In this document: positions 1 through 10,067 of the stretch, one piece after another
Layout of the letters: every line of letters begins with the position of its first letter
Position numbering within the stretch: the first letter of the stretch is position 1
Assembly: GCA_038884975.1 (NCBI GenBank)
Contig: JAWAAW010000001.1
Coordinates: 86,465 to 140,156 of the forward strand
Reading direction: 5' to 3'
Length of the DNA stretch: 53,692 nucleotides
Origin: Candidatus Woesearchaeota archaeon
GTDB lineage: Archaea > Nanobdellota > Nanobdellia > Woesearchaeales > ARS49
Program-made: the position numbers and the translations under genes
Notes under the pieces: model-generated
Database searches by the model: none
What the model was told of the DNA's origin: nothing
The model's input: only the letters and a program-made list of their open reading frames with translations

Positions 1-3000
1 ACCAGTCAGTGTTTGCATTACACTTCATTCCATCATTGCAGCCAGGGCATTCTCCCCCGCAGTCAATGTCTGTCTCGCCGGCATCAACAACACCGTTACT
101 GCAGGCCGCAGGCATTTTTTCAACATCAATCGTCACGCCATCACTTACCATTGGCTCTCCCTGCAGCCCGACAATGTTTACAGGATAAACCTCAAACCGG
201 TACTTGTTACCATCAGTCAGGTTAAGCCCTGTCACGTAAAACGCAGTGCCATTAGTGTTAGTGCTCAAAGTCCAGTTAAGCACAGTATCATTTGCAAGGA
301 AAGTCAATAAGCGATAATAGTAAGCATTGACTTCGGTTTCATTATCATAGCCTAAGAAGCTTACCTGCAACTGGTTAAGGAAGTATGAATACTCAGGTTC
401 CTCAGGCAGGTTTGAACTGTCATTAACGTAAAGCATTTCAGGAGGGGTTGTGTCAACAATAACAGGAATTGCAATAGTTGCTATTTCGCTTCCTGCTCCA
501 GTGGTGCATTTCACATACCAGGTATAACTGCCTGAAGAATTTACCTCGACAGGATAAACATGTGCATAACCAATCTCGCCAACAAGGTTAAGTATTGTGT
601 CTTCGGTCTCACCAACATAACAGAATGCGCGCTTGTTTGTTTCAAAACGCAATGGGAATTCTGTCGTATTTGAATAAGGTGAGGTGTAACTCGTAATGCT
701 GAAGGGAATGCTTGTATCAACACTGAACTGAACAGGAACAGTGGCAGAAGATATTTCTGCAGTGTTTTTGCACGCAACATAATATGTATAGCTTGTTTTG
801 TCTTCTGTAACGTTTATTTCTGCTTCGTGAGACCTCTTCGGCAGCTCGTCGAATCCGGAGAACAGTCCTTTCATGAGCACAAAAGGCGTGTTTTCAGTGC
901 TGTACTTGCAGAATCCCTCATCATCAGTCTGCACTTTCAGGTATGTCGTGAATATGTCCTTGCCAGGAATCCTACGCTCAGCAATGATTCTTGGCTGGGC
1001 GTAAGCGGTCTTTATGACCGGTGGACTTGGGTCAACGCGCAAGTCAAAAGCCTCAACACTGATGTTGTTGCCAGCCTTGCAATAAACATGAAGCTTGTGA
1101 GGCTTGAGGTCGCCTGGCAGGATTTTATCAAAGCCAGGAATCTTGTGTATTACCTCTGTTTCCTGAGGGAATTCTGCAAGGAACTCATCAAATGCAGAAA
1201 CCGGCAATGGCGCTGGCAAGTCATAAGCATACTTGCACTTTGCACTGATTGAAGTGTCAATCACGATGTCAAAGGCATAAGTTGGGCTTACTCCCCAGCT
1301 TGGCTCGCGCATTCTCATCATCAAAGGCCCGGTGTTAATCCAGAAGCTTGACTTTCCTATTGCAGGATTGCCAGCAAGGTCCTCAGCCTCAACCCTAATG
1401 TTCTTCTTTCCGCCAAAAAGCTTGTCAACAGTGACCGTGTACAATGATTCCTCCCCAGAAAGCAAAGGAAGAAGGTCAATTATTGTCTTCCTTGCTGCGT
1501 ACTTGCTTGTCCATATCTCATTCTCAAGCACTGCCTTGAGGATTGTTGAGGGCTCACCGAAAATAATGGAGATGTCAACAGAGGTTTCATTGATTACTGT
1601 GCCATCAGGGGGCAAAATAGTGACGTCACCGGGGGTGGTATCAACAACAATAACCGCACTGCCTGGAAAGTCCATCAGCAAGCCATTATTGTCCCTTGCA
1701 TTGAATGTTAGCGTGTATTCGCCGTCATCAAGCGGCCTTACCGGAACAAACTGGTATTCGTAATTCGCACCGCTTCCAGGAGTTGCAGTGAGCGGAATCA
1801 CATTGTCGCCAATAGTCAGTGCAGCGCCTGTCAGGGTTGCGAGCTCGTTAAAAGAGACCGTAATCACAGGAATTTCGGAAATCGTGTAGAATTTCTCATC
1901 ATAAGTCCTGCTCGGCACTACAGAGATTTCAAGAACCTTCGGACCCTGACACTTGTTACAGGCAAGAATTTTCATTTCCTTGACAATTTCAGGATTCTTT
2001 GCAGCATCCACTCCATAAAACCTCAAAGTGTTCTCGCCAGGAACCATTGTTGCAATAACATCCCTTCCTGCCTGCAAAAACAAGTCATTGAAGTTAAGCT
2101 TTGAAAGATTTGTTTCAGAAAAAGTGATTGCATCAGCGCATTCACTTTCTTCATTTGCAACACAAACCCTTAACTTGTAGCCCGGCTTTCCTTCCATGAA
2201 AGTTCCATCATCTGTTGCATTCAGCATGTCAAACATTCTTACCAAAAGCCAGTCCATCCTGTCAGGCTTATAGGCAATTGGAACAAGGGATGTGTTTGGA
2301 GCAAAATAATCAAGCTCACACACCCGCCTTGTGGGAGAGTTCAGGTTGCAGTCAGAAACAATGTTGCCATCAGCATTCTTGAAGCAACCAGTTCCTGCCA
2401 CATACTGGCACACCCGGATATTGCACGGGTCAGTGCTTGCAGTTAGCAAAGAATTGTCAGGATTGAGCTTGATACCTTCAGGCGGAGAACCACACTCTGT
2501 TGCATTATAATCAATGCAGGCAGCTGCATCACAGGCGTTGCTTTCCTGCGAATCTTTGTCAAAAACACACAAATAATCAGGCACTGTCAAGGCAGCAGAT
2601 TTTTTCGCAGTGCACTGGTCAAAAACCTCATTGTACGCCTCATTATTCTCAAGACCCAAAGTGCCAATGCGGGAACACCACGCGCAATTCGGATACCTGC
2701 TGTCAACACAAACACCAATACCCAAGTCCGGGAATACGTTGTGCCAACTGCAGTTTCCTGCATGACAATTATCCCTCATGCAAGCTCCAGGAGTACGGTA
2801 ATCAATGCAGCTCATTCTCGGGCTGCAGGAATAACATTCATCAACATTCCCCTGCGACCTATCAAGAAAACAATATTTTTTATCACCAGAAGTGCCCTCG
2901 CAAGACTCAAGTGTTGGATAAAGCCCAAAAATCCCGCCCTTGTCGCAGGGAGTGGTTGCAAGACACATCACCACGTCATCATCAATAACACAATTCTCTC

Positions 3001-3772
3001 CTTCGCCGCATTTGGGTGCATTAGGCACAGGAGTCAAAAGGTTTGTTGCACTGCAAAAATAAGCATTGTTGAACTTTTCCTGAAAAGCATTTTCAACACC
3101 TAAAGAAAAATCAGCAAAAACAGAAGCAGGCATTTCCATATAACCATTTTCCTTCAAGTATGCCTTAAACCTTTCATAAGTAAATGGAGAAATGCAGAAC
3201 TTCTCATAACCCCTATACCAGCACTCAATATCACCAGTATTTCCTGTAGCAAACGCAGGCTCTGACAAGCCAGAAAACCTTGAAGTAAGAACGAGCTTGT
3301 AAGTGTAATCGGTTTTCCACAACAATTCAGGAGAGTAGTCTGCATATGTCCCTGTGGGTGCAACATGAGCAATCTCCTTAAAATCATCACAATCATCACC
3401 CTTGCAACGATAAATAGTGACTGCATAAGTTTGGTCAGGACAAGGCACCCTGTAAGTTATCCTCAAAGCCTTCTTTCCCTTAATTGGCTTAACCTCAACA
3501 CTTCCTGGAGAAGGCTTGTAAAGCGGCGAGTCACAACTGATTGGAGGAGTAATGTTTATCTCAGGAGCCAATTCGGCCTCACAAACATCATCACAAGTCT
3601 GACCAAGCTCAGGAAGTTCTGTTGTGAAAATATAATTTGAAGGACAATAAGCCCTGTCCTCAACAATGCTCCCATTACGAACAATTGGATCGCAACAACA
3701 TCCAGGCTCCTGAGCATAAACTGCGGTGTAAAGCAAAACCGCAACAACCGCGAACAAGAAAAGCTTTTTCAT
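1..3772 (-). CDS. Very large secreted Cys-rich / Ig-like surface protein, 3' end outside the window (>1250 aa)
   Basis: Translated by hand from ATG 3772, which overlaps the upstream TGA (ATGA): MKKLFLFAVVAVLLYTAVYA-QEPGCCCDP (Sec signal peptide). Cys-rich N-terminal region. The same frame is still open at the left edge with CSNGVVDAGETDIDCGGECPGC. Its absence from the ORF track is consistent with no stop inside the window. Confidence 0.85.
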   Translation of the reverse strand, partial: MKKLFLFAVVAVLLYTAVYAQEPGCCCDPIVRNGSIVEDRAYCPSNYIFTTELPELGQTCDDVCEAELAPEINITPPISCDSPLYKPSPGSVEVKPIKGKKALRITYRVPCPDQTYAVTIYRCKGDDCDDFKEIAHVAPTGTYADYSPELLWKTDYTYKLVLTSRFSGLSEPAFATGNTGDIECWYRGYEKFCISPFTYERFKAYLKENGYMEMPASVFADFSLGVENAFQEKFNNAYFCSATNLLTPVPNAPKCGEGENCVIDDDVVMCLATTPCDKGGIFGLYPTLESCEGTSGDKKYCFLDRSQGNVDECYSCSPRMSCIDYRTPGACMRDNCHAGNCSWHNVFPDLGIGVCVDSRYPNCAWCSRIGTLGLENNEAYNEVFDQCTAKKSAALTVPDYLCVFDKDSQESNACDAAACIDYNATECGSPPEGIKLNPDNSLLTASTDPCNIRVCQYVAGTGCFKNADGNIVSDCNLNSPTRRVCELDYFAPNTSLVPIAYKPDRMDWLLVRMFDMLNATDDGTFMEGKPGYKLRVCVANEESECADAITFSETNLSKLNFNDLFLQAGRDVIATMVPGENTLRFYGVDAAKNPEIVKEMKILACNKCQGPKVLEISVVPSRTYDEKFYTISEIPVITVSFNELATLTGAALTIGDNVIPLTATPGSGANYEYQFVPVRPLDDGEYTLTFNARDNNGLLMDFPGSAVIVVDTTPGDVTILPPDGTVINETSVDISIIFGEPSTILKAVLENEIWTSKYAARKTIIDLLPLLSGEESLYTVTVDKLFGGKKNIRVEAEDLAGNPAIGKSSFWINTGPLMMRMREPSWGVSPTYAFDIVIDTSISAKCKYAYDLPAPLPVSAFDEFLAEFPQETEVIHKIPGFDKILPGDLKPHKLHVYCKAGNNISVEAFDLRVDPSPPVIKTAYAQPRIIAERRIPGKDIFTTYLKVQTDDEGFCKYSTENTPFVLMKGLFSGFDELPKRSHEAEINVTEDKTSYTYYVACKNTAEISSATVPVQFSVDTSIPFSITSYTSPYSNTTEFPLRFETNKRAFCYVGETEDTILNLVGEIGYAHVYPVEVNSSGSYTWYVKCTTGAGSEIATIAIPVIVDTTPPEMLYVNDSSNLPEEPEYSYFLNQLQVSFLGYDNETEVNAYYYRLLTFLANDTVLNWTLSTNTNGTAFYVTGLNLTDGNKYRFEVYPVNIVGLQGEPMVSDGVTIDVEKMPAACSNGVVDAGETDIDCGGECPGCNDGMKCNANTDW

Positions 3773-5103
3773 TCCTGCGGGCACCCCGTCAAAGCAAGAA
3801 TCAATTCCTGCTCGTCTTCAATTTCACCACCATCAGAAGCATAAACATGCATTCTATAAGAATTGCCCGCACCCGAAGGGGGGACTTTACCAAACTCTCC
3901 AATCTTTCCGTCTTCCGGAGTGTACCTGAAAGTCACGTTGTCCTCATCAGGATCAATGGCTTCAAGCAAAGTGCTCCATTCATCAGTCGGGGACGCGGCA
4001 TAAATAATTTTCAGCATGTTTTTGTCAATCGAGATTGATGCCTTATCCTTGCACCTACCCATAGGATAAAAGACATACCTGCCAAGGCTTGTCTGATTGA
4101 TCCACACAAGGGCAGGATACCGATTGCCCCTCAAAATCCAGAACTCCAAAGGCCTTCCACGCAACATCGACGCAGTATCCTGCACAATAATGATGTCATC
4201 AGTTTCCTTTGTTTCAGGATTCACGAAAACACCCTTTTCGATGTAAACAGGCGTAGCATAAGTGCCTCCTGTCAACGGATTGAATGACGCATCATTAATC
4301 TCTCCTAAAATAATTCCCTGAATGAACAGATAAAACTTTGCAAGATGGACAGGATAACTAAGCGAGAACTCATTAAGCATTGTGTTGCCACTTGTTGTCA
4401 AGTCGGTAATATTAACCTGCCAATCAGCAAGAACAGTAAAGAACACCTCCGTCTCAATCTGCGTCTTGTTCTCTGCAATCATCACAGTTACATTTGGCTT
4501 TCCAGCAGTAATTGAAAGACCCTGATTTGCAAAAGTTTTCCAATCAACGCATTTTGGCAGGTTATTACTGATGTAGGATTCAAGCTGTTCCTGTATTGAG
4601 TTTTCGCCTGGCTTGAACAATGGAGGCAAAAAGGACCTTCCAAAATAACCGGTGTACAACGTCTTTGTTACCGACTTGTCTGTCTTGTTAAGCACGTAAG
4701 GAAATGAAGGCCACGGATAATTCGGTGGACTGGCAAAATAAAGCGTACCAATATCCTGCGCCGGCTTCTGAATAAGGTAACTGACATTATACCCCCCGTA
4801 CTCTACATATCTTTTCCCAAGGTCCTCTATCATATTAACGTCCGGCGTTAGTCCGCCTTGTGACTTGTAAACAACCCCTCCCTGCTTGCCCATTATCTCC
4901 AGCCCTGCCATAGTTACAAGGTCAAGGCAGTTCTGGATATAGTCCTTGACTGGCTGGACTGCGGCCTGCCTCATCCTTTGCTGTTCTGCAGCAGAAACTG
5001 TGCGTTTTGTCTCTGTCTGGGCGCCGAGCCAGATAACAATTCCAACAGCAATCAGCAACACGATTCCTGTAATTATCATAAGCGTGAGTTGTGCCTTCTT
5101 CAT
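3769..5103 (-). CDS. Surface protein with class III (pilin/archaellin-type) signal peptide
   Basis: Likely start MKKAQLTLMIITGIVLLIAVGIVIWLG (KKA/Q plus hydrophobic stretch). ATG 5103 overlaps the upstream stop (ATGA). C-terminal Ig/cadherin-like motif AIDPDED. Confidence 0.75.
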   Translation of the reverse strand: MKKAQLTLMIITGIVLLIAVGIVIWLGAQTETKRTVSAAEQQRMRQAAVQPVKDYIQNCLDLVTMAGLEIMGKQGGVVYKSQGGLTPDVNMIEDLGKRYVEYGGYNVSYLIQKPAQDIGTLYFASPPNYPWPSFPYVLNKTDKSVTKTLYTGYFGRSFLPPLFKPGENSIQEQLESYISNNLPKCVDWKTFANQGLSITAGKPNVTVMIAENKTQIETEVFFTVLADWQVNITDLTTSGNTMLNEFSLSYPVHLAKFYLFIQGIILGEINDASFNPLTGGTYATPVYIEKGVFVNPETKETDDIIIVQDTASMLRGRPLEFWILRGNRYPALVWINQTSLGRYVFYPMGRCKDKASISIDKNMLKIIYAASPTDEWSTLLEAIDPDEDNVTFRYTPEDGKIGEFGKVPPSGAGNSYRMHVYASDGGEIEDEQELILALTGCPQE

Positions 5104-6296
5104 GGTCTCAATTTTCCTGTCAGTGCAGGCCACACACCAACAATTGGACTACTCGTGTATGGGCAGTCGCTAATGTCAGCACCATCAGGACAACGGTGAC
5201 GTGCAATAACATTAAAGCCAGTGTCAGTCTGGTTTTCACAAAAAGCATTCGTGTCATACTTCTTGATAAGATTAAGGCAAGTAAGATTATGGCTGTCATC
5301 AATCTTTATACCCGGCGAATACCTGACCCCAATATAATCAAGCGGAATCGGGCTGGTTATGTTCTCACCCATCATAGTATATTCAGGCCTCAGGTTTGCC
5401 TCAAGGAATCCAAAGATTGAATTTTCCCCATTCTGCGCAACATACAAGTGGTTAAACAACCGCGTTCTTGGAAAATAAGCAAAGAACATTCCTGGATTTT
5501 CAGGCTTGTGCAAAACATCCATAACATAATTGCTCATCCTGAGCACAGGAAGAGTAATTTTTAGCGGGGTTTCTGATGTTGGAGGCAAAGCACTGCCCAA
5601 TGGCAAATAAATAACTGCATTAAGCCTTGGATTGTACCAAACAGGCTCTCCGCCACACCTTTGGAAAACACTTAATGCAGGACTAACCCCATTACATGCC
5701 TGATAGCTCTTTTCCAATGCCAAAAGGAATGAATGACTTGGGTCATTGACAGGAATATTAAGCGTGGTACCAACAGCAACAGTTTGAGGACTCCTCAGCA
5801 CGCAAATGCTGTTGACGCACGGAATTATTTTTCCCTTAAACTCGCAATTACTGCCAAGATATTCGCCAATGCCAAAGGCAAGCGAATACTGGTACTTGTT
5901 AAGCACCCTCTCATAAGAATCACAAAACAACGTAAAGTTTGTTGGACTGATTTCCTCAGCAATCCTAATCATTTGTATTGCCAAATATTTCGTGCGAGTT
6001 GTCCAGTTGCCATTCTCGCAAAGATAATCAAGGATGTTCTGGGAATCATTTATGCACCTCGGCCATTGCCTTACATCATCCATTCTAAACCATCTTTCTA
6101 CGTCACCGTCATAACTTTCATTGCCAAGCAGGTGCAAAAGACACTGGGTTTCATTAGAGCACACACCACCCATTGACCAGTCCCAAGAATAACTGACCAC
6201 TGTAGGGAACCATTCAGCACCCTCATCAATTGCCCCAACAAAAGGCAGGAGCAAGACTATGAATAAGAACAATGCTGCAACCGTTTTTATTACCAT
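5100..6296 (-). CDS. Secreted Cys-rich hypothetical protein
   Basis: About 398 aa; N-terminal signal peptide MVIKTVAALFLFIVLLLPFVGA; many Cys and N-x-S/T sequons. Confidence 0.75.
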   Translation of the reverse strand: MVIKTVAALFLFIVLLLPFVGAIDEGAEWFPTVVSYSWDWSMGGVCSNETQCLLHLLGNESYDGDVERWFRMDDVRQWPRCINDSQNILDYLCENGNWTTRTKYLAIQMIRIAEEISPTNFTLFCDSYERVLNKYQYSLAFGIGEYLGSNCEFKGKIIPCVNSICVLRSPQTVAVGTTLNIPVNDPSHSFLLALEKSYQACNGVSPALSVFQRCGGEPVWYNPRLNAVIYLPLGSALPPTSETPLKITLPVLRMSNYVMDVLHKPENPGMFFAYFPRTRLFNHLYVAQNGENSIFGFLEANLRPEYTMMGENITSPIPLDYIGVRYSPGIKIDDSHNLTCLNLIKKYDTNAFCENQTDTGFNVIARHRCPDGADISDCPYTSSPIVGVWPALTGKLRP

Positions 6297-6333
6297 TTTA
6301 TACACTCTTTTTATTCATTAAACATTTGTTCAG

Positions 6334-8253
6334 CTAAGGCTGTTGCACTGGTGGAGGGATTTCCTCGTGTGACTGTTCTGGAAGCTTGCAAATGAACCCA
6401 TCGTCCAAAACCCTGTAATAGCTTCCTAAAGGAACACACCTCATTCCATTCCAGCACTGGTCATAAGCACAACAACCACCAACCTTTATTCCTGGCGGAG
6501 CAATTTTTTCATCCCATTTAATTCTCTTGTAAATCGTGCCACCAGGTTCATCAGTAAACTTCCACAACCCACTAGGCTGGCAGACAGCATGAGGAAAATC
6601 ACCATAACGGGCATTTAGCAACACCGCCCCACAATAGCTTATGCTATTGTTAACAAGCCAGTCTGCGGGCTTATGATAGTCTTTTAATGCAAGGTAAGAA
6701 CTGTCTGTAATGTTGCACCCAAAGAACCTGCCCTTATAATTTATTATCCTGCCTTCAACGGCAAAATCACCTGACAGAATTGGAATTTTTTTCCAGCAAC
6801 CACCAGTAGCATTCGAAGCAGGGTCGTTATAGCTTTCTGCAACATCATCCGCCTCACTACAGCAATAAGTCCCTGTCCAAGTAAAACCTGCAGCTTCACA
6901 AGACTCTGCATCCTTGATATCAAGATCTGTTGTCCAGTCACCGTCAGAAGCACAATAATAAACCTCATCAGTAAAGCTCGGGTTTGTGCTGCCCATCTGG
7001 ATTCCGTTGTTTGTTGAGAATGCGCCCGTGTTCCCACTGCATTCATAAACAACTTTGTCCTTGCAAGAATATTCATGCCGCCGAGAGCCAGCAACAACAT
7101 TGCGAAAATCACCAAAAACCTCTGTGGCAGGAGTGTTGATGACCTGCGTGCTTCTCCACAAGTACGTCTTTTGAACACAAACGTTCTGGTAAGAACAGGA
7201 CTCACCAAAACCAAACCACGCAGGCGTGCATACTCTCTGCCTTTCTGTCTTCAAACAAACCTCATAAACATCAGCAGGAACAACATACGAAGAAATCTGG
7301 TTTCCACAACTGTAAAGAACAACACCGTCGGAAACAACAGACGCATTAGGCCATCCACGCAGGTCAACAATCTCGCCAAGCTCATCACCAGGAGCCCACT
7401 TCCACATGCCATCAGAAGTCTTTCCACAAATAGCATTCATACTCATATTGTTAACAACAGTAACTGAACGCCTGCATGTTCCTCTAAAGTCAGTCTCAAC
7501 ACACACATCTGTCAGGTTTACAGGCACTGACTTAACATAGCCCTCTGTGAAATTAGTGCCACAACAATAACCCCGGTACCAATCACCATTTGCCTTGTTC
7601 CAGCAGTCATTAGCGTCTGCCTCATTAACATCACAAACCCCGTTATTATTTGTGTCAGCGCAAACCATTACGTGCGCGTCCTTATCAAACGTCAACTGGT
7701 TAGTCTCACCAGTCTCATCATCAAAATAAACAAACAAATCACGCGACGGGCTTGTAATTCTGAAAGCATTACTTCGTGGAGCAGCATTAGTCAATTCACT
7801 CACATCGCCCAAATCAACAGGCTCTGAACTGCGCTCAATTGCGCCATACAGCATTACCGGCTTCATACGAACTTCAAAATACTCAAAACCCCAACTCTTG
7901 CTTCCAAGATAACCGCTCCACGTAAAATTGTCAGCAAGCGTATTGCCAAGAGAAACATTAAACTCAGGCCCAGTGCATTCTCCAACAGCAATTCTTTCCC
8001 AAGAAGCATTAAAAACATTAATGCCCTTATTGAAAAGTTTGAAAGCAAGCGCATTGGAAGAACTGTGGTGGTGAGCAATGCACGCCTTAAAAACAACACT
8101 CTCAAAAGGCTTCACTACACCAAACTCAATAGGGCTTGGAGGCCAGTATTTGCCATACCTGTACATCTCCTGAAGACCCAATTCATAAGGCAAAGCCAGT
8201 GCTGATGCTGACAAGGCACACACAACTATCACAACCACGAGTATTGCACGCAT
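6334..8253 (-). CDS. Secreted Cys-rich hypothetical protein
   Basis: 639 aa; signal peptide MRAILVVVIVVCALSASALA; dozens of Cys including CC pairs; DTNNNG Ca-binding-like motif. Confidence 0.8.
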   Translation of the reverse strand: MRAILVVVIVVCALSASALALPYELGLQEMYRYGKYWPPSPIEFGVVKPFESVVFKACIAHHHSSSNALAFKLFNKGINVFNASWERIAVGECTGPEFNVSLGNTLADNFTWSGYLGSKSWGFEYFEVRMKPVMLYGAIERSSEPVDLGDVSELTNAAPRSNAFRITSPSRDLFVYFDDETGETNQLTFDKDAHVMVCADTNNNGVCDVNEADANDCWNKANGDWYRGYCCGTNFTEGYVKSVPVNLTDVCVETDFRGTCRRSVTVVNNMSMNAICGKTSDGMWKWAPGDELGEIVDLRGWPNASVVSDGVVLYSCGNQISSYVVPADVYEVCLKTERQRVCTPAWFGFGESCSYQNVCVQKTYLWRSTQVINTPATEVFGDFRNVVAGSRRHEYSCKDKVVYECSGNTGAFSTNNGIQMGSTNPSFTDEVYYCASDGDWTTDLDIKDAESCEAAGFTWTGTYCCSEADDVAESYNDPASNATGGCWKKIPILSGDFAVEGRIINYKGRFFGCNITDSSYLALKDYHKPADWLVNNSISYCGAVLLNARYGDFPHAVCQPSGLWKFTDEPGGTIYKRIKWDEKIAPPGIKVGGCCAYDQCWNGMRCVPLGSYYRVLDDGFICKLPEQSHEEIPPPVQQP

Positions 8254-8354
8254 TGTATTCCCCTTTTACCGAGAAAGAGTATATCCTTGGTTTAAAAACC
8301 TTATCACAGGACAGTACCGAAAAATAAATATACGGCGCGTGGTTTGCAACGATT

Positions 8355-8741
8355 ATGAAAAAAAGCATTTGGATTCCACTGATAATACTGGCTATTGCTG
8401 GAGGAATTGCATACTACTTTTTGAAGCCAGCAGCATTGCCTGTAAGCATTGAAAACAGGCAAACACTAACAGAAGTCTGCATCAGCATGACCAAACAAAT
8501 GCTTTCTGACAAAACAAACCTGCCAGACACAACTGCAGAATGCACAAGGCAAGGATTGAAGCGCTTTGGATGCGAGGCAGCATTAAGGAACGACCGGGCA
8601 TACTTTACGTCAAGGCAATTGGAAAAAGACTGCGAACAGCTTGCACTCTTTGAGGCAGTGACAGAGAGCAATGACAAACGCAATTGCAAAATGCTCGAGA
8701 ATGCTGTTCTCAGAGAGGAATGCCTGACAATGCTTTCTTAG
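8355..8741 (+). CDS. Membrane-anchored small protein with Cys-spaced helical repeats
   Basis: N-terminal TM helix; C-terminal DKRNCKMLENAVLREECL; own promoter (CCGAAA at 8317, AT-rich TATA-like element). Confidence 0.7.
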   Translation: MKKSIWIPLIILAIAGGIAYYFLKPAALPVSIENRQTLTEVCISMTKQMLSDKTNLPDTTAECTRQGLKRFGCEAALRNDRAYFTSRQLEKDCEQLALFEAVTESNDKRNCKMLENAVLREECLTMLS

Positions 8742-9303
8742 CCTCAACAGGATGCATTCCAAGCACTCTAAAAAACGCCTGCAAATCATGAGGAGAACGC
8801 ATCTGCCAAGGATCATTTGCAAAACTGCCAATAACCATTTTAACCCCATATTTTTTGCAAAGCATAATGTTCTGCATCATCCGACCAAGCAATCGAGCCC
8901 GTTGAACACCCGATGCTGAAAGAATGTTTGAGAAACCAAAACCTATTGCCACATTGTTCTTTCTTGCGAGCCCGCACATAATGTGATTCAGCCCTGAACC
9001 GCGCTGATGCATGTAATCCTTAGGCATTGTGTTTTCCACATTGAATAATATGTCCGCACTGCCTTGTTCGAGAACAATCCTATCCCTCTCAGAAGACTTA
9101 ACAAAAACAAGCAAACCCTTCTTTTTCAACTGTCTTGCTACGACAGGCTCTGCAAGAACAGCAGTTCTCACCTTAAGACCTGCAGGACTGGTTATTTTTT
9201 CCTGTTGTGAGGAATAAACAAGCACAAGTCCGCTATATCCAAGCCTTTTTGCCATCACAAAAAACTCATTCTCATTATTTTCAGGAAAAACAACATCAAT
9301 CAT
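8710..9303 (-). CDS. rnp3: Ribonuclease P protein component 3 (Rpp30)
   Basis: PHP-like pattern: AKRLGYS, SGLNHIMCGLARKNNVAIGF, IGSFANDPWQMRSPHDL. Confidence 0.85.
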   Translation of the reverse strand: MIDVVFPENNENEFFVMAKRLGYSGLVLVYSSQQEKITSPAGLKVRTAVLAEPVVARQLKKKGLLVFVKSSERDRIVLEQGSADILFNVENTMPKDYMHQRGSGLNHIMCGLARKNNVAIGFGFSNILSASGVQRARLLGRMMQNIMLCKKYGVKMVIGSFANDPWQMRSPHDLQAFFRVLGMHPVEAKKALSGIPL

Positions 9304-9356
9304 GAAAAGGCATTACCGAGCATAATTATATAAACATTCGTATTAACGCAAGAGTC

Positions 9357-10067
9357 ATGGAAGAAAGAATCCAGAAAATAATAGCAGCAGCAGGAATCGC
9401 CTCAAGAAGAAAATGCGAAGAACTGATATCAGAAGGAAGGGTTACTGTCAATGGCAGGACAGCAAAGCTTGGTGAAAAAGCAGACCCTGAAAAGGACGAC
9501 ATACACGTTGATGGCGAAAGAATTGCAAAAGCAGAACTAAAAAAATATTACGTTGTGAACAAACCAAGGGGTGTTTTGAGCACAGTCAGCGATCCCTTTG
9601 GCAGAATGACGATTATGCAATTAGTCCCCCAAGGAGCAAGGGTTTTTCCTGTTGGCAGGCTTGACAAGGACTCAGAAGGGCTTGTCCTTATGACAAATGA
9701 CGGAAGAATTGCAAACATACTCATGCATCCAAGATACGAAACACCAAAAACATACAACGTAACCCTTGCAAGAGACATAACACAAAAAGATGTTAGAAAG
9801 CTGAAAAAAGGGGTGCGCATTGGCTGGAGAAGGGTTGTCCCTGAAAAAATCGCGGTGCACACAAGCAGGAACGTTGCAATAACAATCCACGAAGGAAGAA
9901 AACACATCGTCAAGATAATTTTCAAAAAGCTCGGATACAATGTTGTCAGGCTGAAAAGGACAAAAATGGCAAACATCACACTTGGAACCCTGCCTTCAGG
10001 AGCGTGCAGGGAATTAACCAAGGCAGAGCTTGCCGGGCTTCAAAGACTTGCCAGCAATGCCGAGTAA
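9357..10067 (+). CDS. RsuA/RluB-family rRNA pseudouridine synthase (bacterial type, S4 domain)
   Basis: ERIQKIIAAAGIASRRKCEELISEGRVTVNG (S4), NKPRG, catalytic GRLDKDSEGL, EGRKH. Confidence 0.92.
   Translation: MEERIQKIIAAAGIASRRKCEELISEGRVTVNGRTAKLGEKADPEKDDIHVDGERIAKAELKKYYVVNKPRGVLSTVSDPFGRMTIMQLVPQGARVFPVGRLDKDSEGLVLMTNDGRIANILMHPRYETPKTYNVTLARDITQKDVRKLKKGVRIGWRRVVPEKIAVHTSRNVAITIHEGRKHIVKIIFKKLGYNVVRLKRTKMANITLGTLPSGACRELTKAELAGLQRLASNAE

Noticed and set aside
13-3640. Plus-strand ORFs in the first 3.7 kb
   Set aside because: Shadows of the single long minus-strand ORF 1-3772.
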